Source: Marsupella aquatica
Lineage: Eukaryota > Plantae > Marchantiophyta
Direction: 5' to 3'
NCBI GenBank assembly: GCA_973895155.1
Contig: OZ316895.1
Coordinates: forward strand, 2,653,659 to 2,717,658
DNA length: 64,000 nucleotides
Part shown: positions 36,223 to 48,464 of the stretch, one piece after another
How positions within the stretch are numbered: the stretch's first letter is position 1
Layout of the letters: every line of letters starts with the position of its first letter
Notes under the pieces: model-generated
Databases searched by the model: none
The model's input: the letters and a program-made list of their open reading frames with translations, nothing else
What the model was told of the DNA's origin: nothing
Position numbers and translations under genes: made by a program

Positions 36223-36828
36223 TTAAATCAAATCCATCCAAGTTTGGGTTGTCCATGGGGGCTTCATAGACAAGGTATCAATCTATCCTGACTTTAAGTT
36301 CCATGGTTGATGACAAGTTCTCTAATCTAACCAAGGTTACCACGTATCAAAATTGTGGCGTATTTATAAATACAGTTTCTTTTTTCTCTTTACAAAGAGA
36401 CCCATGGTTGATGACAAGTTCTCTAAATAATCTAACAAGACATGGCTGAAAACTTTAGGGATTAGTTATGATATTAGTACATGTCAAGGTGACAGAGCTG
36501 GCGAATGCCATGGGAGTTCCCTGAAACTGGAGAGATTAGTTCCCATAGTAGTAGATGTCAAGGTGACAAAGGGGGCGAATGCCATGGGAGCCTCTTTTCT
36601 CTTTTTTTCTGTTGACGAGCCGAGCCTAAATGCCCATTATTTGAATGAGAGTAGATGATGACAAAAATAAGCATTCATATCATCATTTTGACATCCCATC
36701 CTGCTCTCCATTCACATACATTTGGTGGGACCTTAGAGTTACAGAGGCTTCACCTCGAGAAACAACCCTAGATTCTATTCGCAAAATTAGTAGTAAGATT
36801 GGGTTTTTCGCACTTTAATATATATACA

Positions 36829-37204
36829 CGAGCCCAATGCCAGTGCGTTGCACTGTGCAAGGAGGGCTGGTCCCATAGGGAGAAAGCGCATGGAATGTAA
36901 GCGTGGGAAGGGAGGCGAGTGAGGCAGGCAGGCAGCCAGGAGGGCACGAAGCCCTATGCATGGAAGGGAGACGTGGCAAGGCAGGGCCCGAAGCCCTATG
37001 CACAGAAGGGAGCAATTACGTGGGCTTGCGCCTGCCTGTGTGCGTCATTCCTGGCATGCGTGTCTCGTTAAATGATCGGACGGATACGAAAAAAGAGATG
37101 CTTTAATCTGACAGTTCAGTTTCATTCCCGCTGATATTCAAATTCATAACGGGACGACAGACGAAAGTGGCCAAATGGGCGGGATTGCCTATTATAGTGT
37201 TAGA
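36829..37204 (-). mobile_element. Complete 376-bp non-autonomous Helitron
   Basis: On the minus strand: A|TCTAACACTATAAT (5' TC), then hairpin CAGTGC-AAC-GCACTG and GCATTGGGCTCG|T. Inserted between A and T with no TSD. Internal direct repeat CGAAGCCCTATGCA. Confidence 0.7.
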
Positions 37205-37700
37205 TACACATGTAACGCCAAATTAACCTGGAACAAGGATAGCCGGTAGATCTTCCTAGATCTTGCAAATAACCCACAGCCTTGATCTATGTTTGGCCCC
37301 CTGCCATTTGGAATTGGATCCTTCCAAATCCTTCTCTCCACCGCAATCACCATGTTGGACATTCATTCACAAGTATGGCCGCGAGGAGGACCAAGGGGAA
37401 GAGGCGAAATGGCTACTGAAATGCTGAAATGGCTGCTGAAATGCTGATGGAGTAGCAATGGAGGTGAATCGAGAGATCGAGGTACAGTGTGGACCGAGAT
37501 CGAATAGGGGTAAGTTCGCTCACTGTCTTCGAGCAGGGGCGGGGTGACGAAGAGGTTGAGGAGGAGCTAGGAGCTAGGAGGGACTAGAAAAGAGGAAGAG
37601 AAAGTGAAAAAGAGGGAGAAGCTATGAGTGAATTGAGAGAGGGAGCAGGCTAATTGTGTCGGGTTTGGAGCCGCAGGTTTAGATTCTGCCACGGCAGCAA

Positions 37701-37747
37701 TCCTCTCCTCTCCTCTCCTCTCCTCTCCTCTCCTCTCCTCTCCTCTC
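37701..37747. repeat. (TCCTC)n microsatellite
   Basis: Pure pentanucleotide run. Confidence 0.9.
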
Positions 37748-38328
37748 GCATACCATCAGATTAATCCCAAGGTGTTCTTCCTACATATCGTGGTTATTGA
37801 TGTAAATGCATACTACTTTCTGCTTGTTGTGATCTTCGTTTGGATTTTTCTCATTCTTCTGCATGTGGTGAAACCTATGAGTTTTAGTCATTCACTCATT
37901 GTTGTTCACTGGGAGGTACCCCTAATCGGTTTGAAATAGGCTGCCAGGAATAAATCTTTAGGTTGTAGTCTAACTTCTTGTTAAATTTACTTTTATGTCA
38001 CCTACTCGATCGTTCGAGTCCTAAATTCAAGCTGTCTATTTTGTTGACGTGATTCACTACCAACAACTTCATGTGAAGGATTCCGGTTCCGCTTGATAAT
38101 CTTCGCAGCTTGCTTCACACAATAGCTTCCACTTTGTATCCAGGAGAAGCACCCGTTGATCCCTGAGAAATGATAAATTGCAGTTCACAAGTTGGATGGA
38201 TGGCGAATGGTCGGCAATAGTCTACAATCTAAAGAACAGACGCAGGAATGTGGGCATTGGGGACAATTACTTGAGAAGCGAAGCGGCGAGAAGGGAAGGG
38301 AAATAGAAAGAAAATGAAAATGAAAAGA

Positions 38329-38380
38329 GGAAGGGAAGGGAAGGGAAGGGAAGGGAAGGGAAGGGAAGGGAAGGGAAGGG
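38329..38380. repeat. (GGAAG)n microsatellite
   Basis: Pure pentanucleotide run. Confidence 0.9.
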
Positions 38381-38912
38381 TAGCGATCCTCCATAAAATT
38401 CATAGGTTGTGTTCAGTCCCGGAGATTAGGCTCACATCAACCAGCGGCACCCCCTTTCGACTGTCAAGCAATGTGAGTTTTGTGTTGACGTCCTGCAAAA
38501 TAGACTTTCAAAGTTGATTTCGTATCCAAGAAAACAGAACTCAGATCATTTCTGGATGAGTGATACAGACCTTCCGCAAGTTTGACATTCAAACTCGATT
38601 TTGAAGCCAATTGAAATAGAGTCCGGGATGCTTTACATATTCTCAAACGAACTTCGGGGGCATTTTTTGGAAGCTACGGCATTATGAGGACTTCTGGGAT
38701 TGTCCAAAAGGTGGAGTTAATGCAGAGGGTATGACGACGAAATGTGGATCACAGTCGCAATCTGCACATTGTTATGATCGCTGTTTGAGATCATAACGTA
38801 CACCTTATCAATTGGGAAGCTCACATGTGAAGGACCGCTGAAATATACGGGTGACACTCGAAACAGAATTCTCATCAGCTACCAGACTTTCTAGTGGTGT
38901 CCACCGAGAGTG

Positions 38913-39617
38913 ATGGCGTCTGCGTATGGGCATATCGCCCGTCCGTCTCCAGCTGGTGCGGGAACGCTGGCTGGCATTCTCCCGCTGGAGAAAATCCTGA
39001 AAGACAACACGGCGGTGCAAGTGTTCCACATCTCGCCTCTGGGAGAACAAGGGGCGATTTTCGCACCGCGGTATCCTAAGTTGGTGAGCCGAATGCACAC
39101 GCTCTTCAATGCGGAGATCGAAGATGGCAACACTTACCCGCAGGAGGAGCTTCTTGACGAGCCCCAATTCCGTGCCTACTTCCTGGCATACGACGCCTTT
39201 GTCGTCGTGCAGGTGCCAACGACAAGGAGTAGTAGCGAGGGAGATCTTCTTCTTGACGATGGGAACGCTGACTGGGAAGCGAACCTGCTTGGCTTCTTCT
39301 ACGTAAAACCCAATTTCCCTGGCCGCTGTTCTCATATTTGCAACGGTGGTTTCTTCACAGCACCAGTAGCTCGCAACCGTGGAGTGGGGCGTTGTATGGC
39401 GGAGGCTTTCCTTAAAGTGGCTCCCGCTCTGGGATACAAGTCGTCTATGTTCAACCTGGTGTTTGTGAACAACACTGCATCTGTGAAATTGTGGCAGTCG
39501 TTAGGATTTCGTGAGATCGGGCGGATTCCAAAGGCTGGTCGGCTCCGATCTTCTCCTGAGCTTGTAGATGCTATCATGTTCTACTATGATTTCACCCAAA
39601 GGCACAGGGCATCATGA
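38913..39617 (+). CDS. GNAT N-acetyltransferase, Mpr1 (L-azetidine-2-carboxylate acetyltransferase)/Spt10-like, single coding exon
   Basis: Motifs EIEDGNTYPQ, GFFYVKPNFPGRCSHICNGGF, acetyl-CoA loop RNRGVG, and APALGYKSSMFNLVFVNNTASVKLWQSLGFREIGRIPKAG, as recalled for the fungal Mpr1/Spt10 family. Confidence 0.88.
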   Translation: MASAYGHIARPSPAGAGTLAGILPLEKILKDNTAVQVFHISPLGEQGAIFAPRYPKLVSRMHTLFNAEIEDGNTYPQEELLDEPQFRAYFLAYDAFVVVQVPTTRSSSEGDLLLDDGNADWEANLLGFFYVKPNFPGRCSHICNGGFFTAPVARNRGVGRCMAEAFLKVAPALGYKSSMFNLVFVNNTASVKLWQSLGFREIGRIPKAGRLRSSPELVDAIMFYYDFTQRHRAS

Positions 39618-40737
39618 TCTGTTGGCGTCGACCTAGGAATTGGTCAGGAGTACCTTTGGGGAGGGGGTCAAAGTACCCACAACTGCACATCCACAGCAAT
39701 ACAATCCTCTGAATGCAAACTCAGAGGACTGCGATAACTGCCAGTAAGATCGAACAGCTGATATCTCGACGCTGCTGGATTGGTTTTAAGCCCAGCCTAG
39801 ATCAAATGCAATTGAACTGTGAGAATCACTTACTCCTATGATATATTCTAACGTACGGTGAATCAGGGCATTCACTGTTTCCTGAAAGGGCATTGGAGTC
39901 GCAGCAAGGAGGACCGTGATAGATATGTCGATGGCCCCAAAGCTTGTCAATCCTGCCATTGCAGAATAAGATCATTTGACTACTAAGCGTACCATCAACG
40001 AGCTTATGAGGGTTCCAGATTGAGAAACAGTGACCAAATCGGCCGGGAGACGGAAATTTGAGATAAGAGTTAAGTCTTCCTTTCATGGTAGTGATGTTTT
40101 AAGCTTGCCCAAGAGGCGAGGTGGAAAAAAGATCAGCTGTTCGCATATATCTAGGGTCTCTCCTCTTTCTGTGTATGTGAATGCAACTAATGTTGTTGGG
40201 GGAATGTCTGATGCGGTCAGAGAGGGTTATTTAAACACTATGTCTCTAGTTTGAATGGAGGTCTAAACTCGAGACTAAGCGTTAGAACTCTGGTGCAATT
40301 GATGGTGGTGTTTAGCTCAAAATTGTACAGAAGATTTAATTTAAACTTGTATGCAAATTTGAGAGAATCAAGGTTGCCTTCACAATGTATCCCTCCAGTA
40401 ATTGGCTTGTCATGAACACGATTGGTGCTAGGATGCAACTGGAGAATCACACCCTTCTTGAACTTTCTTTTTGCCTTGAAACGAAATGAAGACGCACCTG
40501 TTAGATGTTCTTCTGAGCATGCAACATTACAGGGTAGCCCACAAGGGGGACATACCTGGCGACTTAGCGAAGGGACCGCAGCAGGAGAGAGAAAGAGGGT
40601 TAAACCAGGGACCCAAAATGGCCAACTAGAGTCTAAAAGATAACTCTCTTCGTACCTTTTACCTTTTGCCGTGTGGTTGTTGAGAAGATGACGCTATTCC
40701 ACTTCAGCCTGGTCATCGAATTCTAGCTTACTTCAGT

Positions 40738-40921
40738 TTCTTTTCAAATTATAGCCCAATTATTAAAGGGGGAATTTCAGACCTTGAGAGACACATATAA
40801 AAGCCTCATTCCCTGTCCTGTGGTTTCAAATTCTTTTCAAAATATAACCCAATTATTGAAGGGGGAATTTCATACCATGAGAGACATATAAAAGCCTCAT
40901 TCCCTGTCCTGTGGTTTCAAA
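40738..40921. repeat. ~92-bp tandem duplication
   Basis: TTCTTTTCAAA..CCCAATTATT..GGGGGAATTTCA..CATATAAAAGCCTCATTCCCTGTCCTGTGGTTTCAAA twice, with further partial units to ~41070. Confidence 0.85.
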
Positions 40922-41627
40922 CTGCAACTACATCTTGATGTTTACTTAAACCACACCCACCCATATAACGCCTCATTCCCTCCCTCACTCCTTAAACCAC
41001 ACCCTATCATATACCCACCCATATAAAAGCTTCATTCGCTCCCTCACTACTCCTCATTCCTCTCCTGTGGTGAACCGTGTCACCATCAAAAGGAGGAGCA
41101 CTTGCCAATAAAAGATTATGCACTATCAACTTTTGTGGAGCTCAAGCACATTCCTCAACTTGTGAGCTCACATTCCTCGGTACCCTGTGGCTCTTTATAT
41201 GTGCACTGAAGGTTATATGTGCACTGAAGGTTTATGCAGGAATCTTCACTCGAAACAGAAATTTGACACCTCTCAAGTTGTAACAGATTGAGGTGGAAGT
41301 CCCATCTAAACTCCGACCGTTGAAGTCCCATAGGATTGAGTTGGGAGACTTGTCGTGCGACTCTGGTGGGACTCACTTAGGCTTTCCTGGTCTACACAGA
41401 TTGTGGCTTTCTTACCTGACTCCTCCAACCTGCCATGATTTTATTCAGAGCCTAACATATCCCCCAGGTCAACTTTCAGGTTACAGAACAGTACTAACGT
41501 ACATTGCAATATCTATTGGTCAGTTTCATCTCTCAGCATATTTCATCTCTCGCCATACAGAGCATCTGGTGGGTCGCTTGCCACGTCTTTGGAGAGACCA
41601 AAAAGCATAGATCATGCCTCCAACTGA

Positions 41628-41839
41628 AAGGAGTGGACTCTCGATTTCTATCAATTCCTGCGGTGTCATCGCGTTGGTGTCCTGGTACAAACTGACTCCT
41701 TGCGTTCACGATACCTTCAATACAAGAATATGGGAATGTCTTGCCAAGGGAGTGGAGTGGACTTTCGATTTCGACTCATTCCTGCGTTGTCATCATTTAG
41801 TGTCCCGGTACAAACTGAATCGTTAAGTTCACGATACCA
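41628..41839. repeat. Diverged ~88-bp direct repeat
   Basis: GGAGTGGACT.TCGATTTC..TTCCTGCG.TGTCATC..GGTACAAACTGA..GTTCACGATACC at ~41630 and ~41754. Confidence 0.75.
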
Positions 41840-44269
41840 TCGATAGAAAAGGAAATGAGAAAATATTCGAACGGCCGCTTGTCCCGTACAACAAGGTGCG
41901 ACTCGTAAGGAAATTGTGCAGGGACGTCAACACTCACGTCGGAAGCGTCTCCACAAGACTACATCTCTGATCTAAATGTTCACGCATACTTCCTTTTACA
42001 CAAAGGACGTCAAGTTGGTAGTCAAGCCTCTGTCATGACGAACACTGGAAGAAGGAAAGAATACAAAACCTGTCCCAGAAGGACTTTAGACCACAAGCCG
42101 GTTCCACCTTTAATCAGATGCAAGGAGACACGTAAAGGACCGTTTAAACTGAACGGGATGAACTTGGCGGCCGGAGTATCAGTTGTTGACCTCGACAACA
42201 CGGAAGATGGAAGCCATGAATCCCATGCTATCAGTCGCGTTGCTTATTATCTACTTGTACCTTCGGAATCTTCAACTCCTACGACGGACAACCCTTTCGT
42301 CGTTACACTACTCCACCTTTGATACTCACGTCTCAGACCCCAGGCTCAGAATCTTTGAAATCTTCGAATTTTGTTCTCGAGGTACAAGGGCTATCTCCGT
42401 CATGTACACTGCAGACCCACGTCTCTAGGCACCTCCCTCAACCAGCTGGACAGCATTATTATCCCCCCCACACCCCCCCGCCCCCGCCCCCCTATCGGAC
42501 CATCACATATGCGAGACAAAGACTGAGGCTTGAAACGTTCCTACAAAGGACAAACTGATCCATTTGTCCGAACCCCAGAAGCTCTATCAAACACCATTTG
42601 TCCGAACCCCATAAGCTCTATCAAACACCATTTAGCAAGCAAACATGTCTCACCAAGCACGCACGAAGGTTGTGAACGTCCAAGCTTGCAATACTGTGAT
42701 ACCATGAGACCAGTTCGTACTTTCAGAGACTGCGATGAGAGTCCTGGGGGGATTTCATCGCTCATTGCAGGGATATGATACCCGAGAGGTTGGTAAAAGT
42801 TAAAGACACAACAGCGAGAAGGGCAATGAGGAATACACCACTGAGACTCTGGAGGGAAAAAAACGTCCGATAGCCGGTGTGTGGTTGAGATGAGCAAGAT
42901 GTTAGGGGCCTGAGGCTCCTCCTGAATGTCGACGATCTGCTGCTATTCCTGGTATTCATGTCGATTATCGAGACCGCCTTTAACTGACGGCTTCTAAATC
43001 AGCATGAACAAATCAAGATTGATGGCAGAAGAGACGCATGTCGAGCACTAAGCTGACGCATCTCTGGCGAGAAGTTTCCCCAAAAAGCATTCGCAATGAA
43101 AGGAAAAGCTTAAGCAAAGGCTTGGACACAACTATCCCTTCCAACGACATCAAACAGCGGACGGCCTCCTCTTCCCTCAGAGCACCTCACGAAAACTTAT
43201 GACGAAGTGAATAATCGAAGCCAAACAAGCAGACAATTACTCCAAAACCTCTATCGAGGAAGAAAAAAGGTCAGCAAACAACTCCCTCCCCCCCCCTTCT
43301 GCCAGATTCCAACATAGAGCACCTCACGGTAAATTACAACGAAGAGCTAAGATCGAGAGCGACTGAAAATTCAAAAGCCTCTGCCAGTTGTGTTGTCATT
43401 CATGCGGATGCCACGTACAGCCACGACTTAACGGAGCACATTACCATTCCGAGAACCCCATTGTCTCCGCTCCACAAATTGGAATCAGTAATAGCTCATA
43501 ATACAAAGCGAACAAGCGGATCAATATTTTTTAATCGAACGTTCCCGAAGTTGATCAACATCCGAATACCGCCAACGAGTGAGGTCATCAAACCTCATCC
43601 TTCTACCCTAACCCCAGGCTCAGGACGGGATCACAATGGAAACCAAACAAGTGGACCATTATCAATTATTCGACGACCACCAGCGATAAAAAGTCATCAA
43701 AGCCGGTCTCCCACACCATTCCCACCTCAGAAAAGGCTCGTAGTTGAAACCAAGCACGTGGATAAATATTCCAAGTCAACTAAACAGGAAAAGTCATCAC
43801 AACCAATCTCCTACAATGTTCCTCATCTTCCCACATGGACACTACGGGTACGCGAGCAAGTGACGCTCCCTACAACCTTCAGGTCTCCGTTCCCAATCAA
43901 GCAGTAGGTCAAACAGTCTCCCCACCAGCCTGCCCCGGCAGTCCAAATTTCTCCGCATGTCCACTACCTGTAGGGCCTCCGTTCGCAATACAACACTGGT
44001 CAAATCAAACACTGAACGACATCTGAGTAAACAAGGCCTACACCAGTTCATAGAATACTAGAACCTCAATTCACCACCGCCATCGCCCGCAGAAACGCAG
44101 ATTGGAGCTCGACTGTGGTGCTTCTCGTCAAACAGTTGGAACGACGGCTCTCCAGGTTTTCCAGGTTTTCCAGGTTTTCCTCCACCGCAGTAATGTAGTC
44201 CTGTAGGACGCGAAAGATGAGGATGACGAGAGACCAATTATTGCACTAAGAACGCGCGGGCATTCGCCT

Positions 44270-44509
44270 GCCATTTGAACCCTTGGATCAACGATCTCTA
44301 CTTGATCCATGGGTTCACAAGCTATTAGGGACGAGACATAAGATCGATAATATTTAATGCGATTAGCGTTGATTAGCCACCATTTGAACCCTTGGAGCCC
44401 GGGCCTTGGAGGCTTGGCTCAATGATCTCTACTTGATCCATGGGTTCACAAGGGATTAGGGACCAGACATAAGGTCGACAATATTTAATGTGATTAATAT
44501 TGATTAGCC
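44270..44509. repeat. ~110-130-bp tandem duplication
   Basis: CCATTTGAACCCTTGGA..GATCTCTACTTGATCCATGGGTTCACAAG..TTGATTAGCC twice. Confidence 0.85.
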
Positions 44510-47500
44510 TTGTAGGTAGCTGGTCACTTTTCCTGACGGTGGTATAACTTTTCATTCAGTCATGTCCCCTTATCATTAAGAGAAGTTTCATGTTTGACCC
44601 ATCTCCCTAGGCAGGCCTGATGGCAGCATTTGAGTAAATTTAAGGGCAAGGCCCCAATGATTAAGAGCCTTTCCTTTCAAGATCTCCAAATTTCATAACA
44701 AATTAAGTATTTTGTTTTATTTACAAGAACACACACATTATTTGTAGAGATTTTGTGGACAATCAAAATTTACTTTTTCCCTGCATGTTTGGGAATGTAG
44801 AGGGCCGATATTCCCAAGGACCATCATATCCAAGACAGCCCTAAATAGTGTGTGTGCATTCCTTTGGTTACCAGTTGCCTCTAGGCTGCATGATATAGGA
44901 GCTCACAGGGGCCAGGGAGACCTTGAGTTTGAATCTTGCTGGCAATGAAAGCTTTTGTCATTCAGTGCACCCAAATGCGATGTTTATTCAAATCCTCTTG
45001 ACACTCAAAAAATGTTGGACTTGCCTAATTGCATATGTGGGGCAGCTATATAGTTAATGAGCCTCGAGCTTGAGTTTCTTTATGAATCACAAGTGCCCAT
45101 GCCCTATGCAGAAGGCAAACCAAACAAAGCCACACTGAATGTGAACTGACAAAGAGGAACAAATACAGTAGACTGGGAAAAACTACAGTAAAGTAGACAA
45201 CCATGAATTGTACCAGCTGGGATTCATGTACGATACACTATACTGGATGTTTCATTGGCGTCCATGTGGGCTTCTTTTTCTTTCCTGGGACTTGGATTTC
45301 AAAACTTTACGATCCAAGTGAAACCCAAGTTCAAAATTAATCCGTGGACCCCCATGTTCATCCAAGGAATGTGTGTATGATTAAGTGAAATCAATTTTCA
45401 TCAAGGTGGTAACCGACGGTTTTGAGTCTCGAGATGGTGTTGGTGTGTGCTCGTACAAAAACAAATGCTCAAAATATAGAGATTTATCAAACAGAAGGTT
45501 GAATGTGGAGGAATTGAGTTTTTTGATAGGTTTTGTTTACACATTGGAGAACTCATCTTTCAACCATTCTTGATTGATTGTTTGTGAGTTACATTGAGTA
45601 TTACCGCCACAAGACAGATTGGAGCACAACACTCAGCTTTGGTAAAAGAGCGCTTGTCGATTCGGTGGGAAGAACACACAAAACGAGTCATCACTTCACA
45701 CAAAGGATTTGTAATTATTTTTATTTAAGAAAGCTATGGTGTGAGGGGAAGACCAACAATTGTTTCTTTGACATAGAGACTGCATTTGGCGTCAACTTGT
45801 GTTCAGAGTGAGCTTTAGTTGAAGACTATCTAAGAAATGCGAACAATTCAAGCCGGGAAGCAAGCATTGTGGACAAGCGATGGCGACGTAATCAAAGAAA
45901 TTAATTTGTAGCGGCTAAGTTTGTGACGGTGACAAGATTGTGATATCTCTTAATCGAGAAAGGATTTCCAATGAGCCTCAAATTGACAAATTTTGTCAAG
46001 TTCCATATGAGTTTTTGAATTTCTTCGTCTTTCCAATGAGTGTGAATATAAGAAAGTTTGATCATGAGTTCATGAATTCTTTTAGCTTTCCAACATTGAG
46101 TCCGACATTGACGAATTTCATGTCAGATTTTGTCATGGTACCCAAGAGATCAGGAGGTTTTCAAATGTGTGACATTGAGATTATTTGTAAGAGATAGAGA
46201 GATCATGAGTATCTAAATTTCTCTAGCTTTCCAATGAACCTAACATTGATAGATTTTGTCAAGTACTAAAGAGATGATGAGTTTTAAAGTTTACTCTAGC
46301 TTTCCAATGAGTGTGACATTGAGAGATTTTATCAAGACATTACTAAAGAGATCACAAGTTTCTAAATCTTGATCTTGAGTTTTCAAATGAATCAAACATT
46401 GACAGATTTTATTATTTAGGTTTACAATGTGAAGCCAAAGGGGTTTTAACTATGTACATTTATATCGATTGCTTTTTTCAAACTTGCAAACAATTAAAAA
46501 ATACAAGCATTTTAATATAAAACACTGATATATTTTTGACACACAGCAAAATGGTAACTTTGTTTTACTAAATGACATCTCTTCCTTTGTATTTTGGTTT
46601 TTTTTACGTTTAATAGTTACGGCATGGCGCCCAAAAAATTACGTTGCTTCTGCCACAAACAGGAATGTGCACATTTGTTATTGTTAAAAGTAGGATCATT
46701 CCTGTTTGTGGCTGGTTGTGGTGATGTGGCGCAACCTCATGGCAGAGAATTTGCAAGAGACACCTAATGGGGGTCCATAAAAAGGAAAGAAGACATGATG
46801 GACTCCAGTGTTTGACAAACAAGTACAGCTAGTAAGGACCATTTTCCGAGTGTTGTTGTGAACTGACCAACATGGTTGCTGGCTCACAAAGGAAATCAGA
46901 AAAGAAATCTGGATGGTAAAGGGATTTATACCATAAGGGGTCAATTACAACAACCATTTACAATCCAAAATAGGGATTTGTCTACTTGACATTTGTTTTG
47001 TAAAATTAAAGAACTAATTCAAATGCGCTATTAGAAATAATTAGATCCGGGCTACCATATCTGCAGGGCTACTCAAAGGATGTGAACAGGCCAAAGCTTA
47101 AGGAAATGCATTGTGCATGAGAACTGTTAAAAATTGTATTCCAACAATAAGTATGAGAGTAATTTTTAGCTAACATGGTCTAGGAAACCACACTTTAATT
47201 AGTGTTATCTCTCCAAACATTTGTAAATTACTGTTATTGGGTTTAAAGTGGACTTCACTCGTAGTTTAGAATTACAAATTAGTCTATATGAACACAAAAT
47301 CTGCTATAAGACCAATTAGTTGTGAAGTGTAAAATGTCGAAGTCATACACACAAGAAGCTTCCTAAGAAGAAAGGACCAATTCACCAAAAATGACCAAAC
47401 AAAGCAGAATGGATTACAAGCAAAATAGGTTAGAGAGGACAATCACTAAATTCAAGAGCGCAAATGCAACCCCAAATACCTAAGGACCTGGATAAACTAA

Positions 47501-48131
47501 AACAACTTTTTCCACCGCAAAATGTGAATATTCATACAACAAAATACACTTTTTGAGCTCAAAGCCACATTTTAGCATACTCTATCTGAGTTGCAGGTAC
47601 GGAAGTCCTTTGTCAAACATGGTAGTCCATTTAAGTCCAGATTTAAGTTCCTTTTCATCTTCTCTATTATAAATTAAAAACAGTGTGCTCTACGTTTAGA
47701 AGTATGTCTAGATGTACCTTTGACACCAATTGAGGATTTATCAAAGAAAATACAATATGAGTTTATGGAGCAAAAATCTCATGGGATTCCTAAGCTCACT
47801 TATATGATAGGATTTCCTTTCTTCCATCTGTCCATATTAGGGACAATTAGTTCAAGTACCCCTTGGTTATGTAGGTTTGATTTTAACAAGTTGGTCTGGA
47901 GTGATCATGAAGAGTTGCATGTATTGGAATAAGTTTGCATGTGGAGATGAAAGGACAAATTGAGTAGACTATTAGTGGTACCAGCCCATGAAATTTTTTA
48001 TGTAAGTAGTTCTAGACACGTCTACAATCCATGTGATACTCCATAAACTCCATGCAAAATGTTATAGTAGTTGAAGAGTTTCTTGTGTTCCTTTGTTATT
48101 TCTCTCTCCATAGTAGTTGAAGAGTTTGTTA

Positions 48132-48464
48132 GGGCTAGGTTCCATGGGGCTGGGAGTGAGGAGTACAGATGTGTGTCAAAAAGGGTTGAGCCAATAAATT
48201 ATAGCTTTTCCAGGGACTGAAGTATGTACAAATATTTTAGTATGTAGGGAGTATGATTTTCTCTCACACTCCCTATATATTAAACTCTAGGGGTGCCCCC
48301 TCCCCCATATAGTAACAGTCCAGGGCATTCTAGTTCATTGGCTTTCAAGTCAAATTCATACATTTAAAATATTGTGTACACCTTGGAATATGGTGTATTT
48401 GGGCCCCATGGGGTCTCAGAGGGAGTGATTGTACTCCCTACCCCTGGCCCATGGAACCTAATCC
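48132..48464. mobile_element. Probable MITE
   Basis: Imperfect ~35-bp TIRs GGGCTAGGTTCCATGGGG..GGAGTACA and TGTACTCC..CCCATGGAACCTAATCC, flanked by (T)TA and TA(A). Confidence 0.55.

Noticed and set aside
38808-39335. 175-aa minus-strand ORF
   Set aside because: Antisense to the GNAT gene.
44860-44945. B-box-like GAGTTTGAATC suggesting a tRNA or SINE
   Set aside because: No cloverleaf, convincing A-box, tail or TSD.
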